Positions 53,430 through 54,926 of a stretch of 54,926 bases of DNA are shown one piece after another. Both the position numbers and the translations under genes were made by a program. Source of the stretch: Candidatus Rifleibacteriota bacterium (lineage in GTDB: Bacteria; Muiribacteriota; Ozemobacteria; Ozemobacterales; Ozemobacteraceae); the NCBI GenBank assembly GCA_028689875.1, contig JAQVCG010000005.1, forward strand, positions 1 through 54,926. The letters run 5' to 3'. Numbering within the stretch: position 1 is the first letter of the stretch; each line of letters opens with the position of its first letter. Below the pieces are notes generated by a model. It saw nothing but the letters and a program-made list of their open reading frames with translations, made no database searches and was not told where the DNA came from.

Positions 53430-54383
53430 TTAAGGTCTGAACTTGTCTAGGCGAGAAAATGCATCTCTATAGGTGCATACAAGGTGCTGCATTATTTCTT
53501 CTGCAGTTTCTTCTCTGCATAACATCCCGCTGATTTGACCGGCCATTACAGAACCTGTTTCTGAATCTCCGTTTACAACGGCCATTCTTAAGCGACCTCT
53601 GCCAAGCTCTTCCAGCTCTTCAGGGGTTGCTCCTTTAAATTCTTTTTCCAAGTATTCTTTTGTGAGCCTATTTTTTATTACTCTTACCGGGTGACCAAGA
53701 GTAATGCCTGTTTCAACAGTATCTCTGTCTTTAGCTTTTATAACTGCTTCTTTGTAGTTATGGTGTGCTTCGCATTCTTTAGCCAAAATAAATCTTGTGC
53801 CTAACTGAACAGCTTCGGCGCCTAACGCAAAAGCTGCCGCTATTCCGCGTCCATCGCCAATGCCACCTGCTGCAACTACAGGAATAGAAACAGCGTCTAC
53901 TACTTGAGGAACGAGAACCATAGTTGTCAGTTCGCCGATGTGACCACCTGATTCATGACCTTCGGCAATAATAGCATCAACGCCGAGACGCTCAAGTCTC
54001 TTGGCTAAGGCGACTGATGAAACAACAGGGATAACCTTGATTCCAGCTTCTTTGAATCGTTTAACGTGAGGACCGGGATTTCCGGCACCTGTTGTAATAA
54101 CGGGAACTTTTTCTTCTATGCATACGTCAATTACTTCTGTGGCAGTTTCCATCATTAGCATTATATTGACGCCAAAAGGCTTGTCTGTCATGCTTTTGAT
54201 AGCCTTTATTTTTTCGCGAGCAACTTCTCCGGGCATAGAACCGCTACCAAGAACGCCTAATCCTCCGGCATTACTTACAGCAGCTACCAAACAAGGAGAG
54301 CTGACCCACGCCATTCCGCCCTGAAAAACAGGATATTTTATACCAAGAAGCTTGGTAATTTTGGTTTCGATCATTTTCAACAC
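53430..54383 (-). CDS. fabK: Enoyl-ACP reductase II (FabK, FMN-dependent)
   Basis: ITKLLGIKYPVFQGGMAWVSSPCLVAAVSNAGGLGVLG closely follows the N-terminal pattern of streptococcal/clostridial FabK. EGHESGGHIG and VQLGTRF are also present. Confidence 0.88.
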   Translation of the reverse strand: MLKMIETKITKLLGIKYPVFQGGMAWVSSPCLVAAVSNAGGLGVLGSGSMPGEVAREKIKAIKSMTDKPFGVNIMLMMETATEVIDVCIEEKVPVITTGAGNPGPHVKRFKEAGIKVIPVVSSVALAKRLERLGVDAIIAEGHESGGHIGELTTMVLVPQVVDAVSIPVVAAGGIGDGRGIAAAFALGAEAVQLGTRFILAKECEAHHNYKEAVIKAKDRDTVETGITLGHPVRVIKNRLTKEYLEKEFKGATPEELEELGRGRLRMAVVNGDSETGSVMAGQISGMLCREETAEEIMQHLVCTYRDAFSRLDKFRP

Positions 54384-54443
54384 CTTTCATAACTCAATTC
54401 GAAAGATTCACATTCACACCATATAAAAAAAGTGCGACCGCTA

Positions 54444-54926
54444 CTATACAGCCTCACTCATATTTTGTTTGATTAAATTGATAAAATCAGTTTTTGCGCA
54501 ATTTTCTGCTAATGTTATTGCGTTTGCAATTACGTGCGCTTTTGATTTTCCATGACAAACGATTGAGACACCGTTCAAGCCCAACAATGGCGCACCACTG
54601 TATTCCGGAGAGTCTGGGCTATATTTTTTTAGACCTTTTTTTAGAGCCTGAAGTTTTTCTGGGGCAATTTCTGCTGCCATTGCAGCTTTAAATAAGGTTC
54701 CCTGAATTAATTCCGAGACGCTTTCACTTGCTTTTAATAAAACGTTGCCTGCAAATCCATCGCAAACTACAACATGAGCTTTGCCATAATAAAGGTTGTC
54801 AGCTTCAATGTTGCCTATAAAATTAATGCGGCTTTCAGATTTTAATAAGGGAAAAGCTGACTTAGTAAGTTCATTACCTTTGCCTTCTTCTTCACCTACA
54901 CTTAAAAGTCCGACTTTTGGGTTTTT
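54444..54926 (-). CDS. plsX: Phosphate acyltransferase PlsX, C-terminal part; gene runs off the window end
   Basis: The frame is open from 54926. My translation reads ...KNPKVGLLSVGEEEGKGNELTKSAFPLL...VVCDGFAGNVLLKASESV...GAPLLGLNGVSIVCHGKSKAHVIANAI, which shows typical PlsX motifs. Confidence 0.88.
   Translation of the reverse strand, partial: KNPKVGLLSVGEEEGKGNELTKSAFPLLKSESRINFIGNIEADNLYYGKAHVVVCDGFAGNVLLKASESVSELIQGTLFKAAMAAEIAPEKLQALKKGLKKYSPDSPEYSGAPLLGLNGVSIVCHGKSKAHVIANAITLAENCAKTDFINLIKQNMSEAV

Noticed and set aside
54384-54443. A possible weak terminator (short GC stem plus T7 on the - strand) between plsX and fabK.
   Set aside because: The stem is only ~4-5 bp with a 2-nt loop, which is too weak to call. 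The genes are probably co-transcribed.
1-54926. A search for CRISPR arrays, tRNA/rRNA genes, IS elements, integrases, prophage genes and long direct or inverted repeats.
   Set aside because: No intergenic gap is longer than about 200 nt and none shows cloverleaf-like or repeat-spacer structure. No ORF shows transposase, integrase or phage hallmarks. The only DNA-level repeat I found is the 9-bp coding repeat at 10260-10358.

Overview
This is a 54.9-kb AT-rich bacterial chromosomal window that is almost fully coding. The organism looks diderm (autotransporter, outer-membrane barrel, Lgt/LspA, long-periplasmic-domain YidC), but I cannot place it taxonomically. I saw no rRNA, tRNA, CRISPR array, transposase, integrase or phage genes. 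Layout: (i) A partial holA-like gene and an M18 aminopeptidase lie on the - strand. (ii) The conserved rpmH-rnpA-yidD-yidC-jag-mnmE-mnmG operon lies on the + strand. It is unusual because it holds two full-length mnmG paralogs separated by a HEAT-repeat / Pro-Val-Ala-repeat protein. (iii) A small accessory patch holds a secreted caspase-fold-like protein (-), an M50B-like membrane protein, a class III nucleotide cyclase and a GIY-YIG protein (+), and a HAMP-only protein (-). (iv) A - strand envelope operon reads lspA-lgt-lgt-(papain-like C1 peptidase autotransporter)-rluD. (v) Next come a di-haem CxxCH/FN3 lipoprotein, an isolated 77-aa gene, and dapB-dut-aminotransferase. (vi) The most interesting part is a ~19-kb co-directional cluster at 27.8-46.9 kb. 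It encodes a Sel1-repeat protein, three tandem paralogous beta-helix lipoproteins, an Smr protein, an active/inactive transglutaminase-like pair, a Wzy_C (O-antigen-ligase-like)-TPR fusion, a 1254-aa TPR protein and an overlapping outer-membrane beta-barrel. I regard it as a candidate undescribed surface-glycan/envelope assembly-export system. (vii) The right end carries spoVS-TPR-yraN and a FabK-type fatty-acid synthesis cluster plsX-fabK-fabD-fabG-acpP-NMO-fabF on the - strand. All calls come from reading motifs in the supplied translations and the DNA. No database search or computation was possible, so family names are recognitions by eye.
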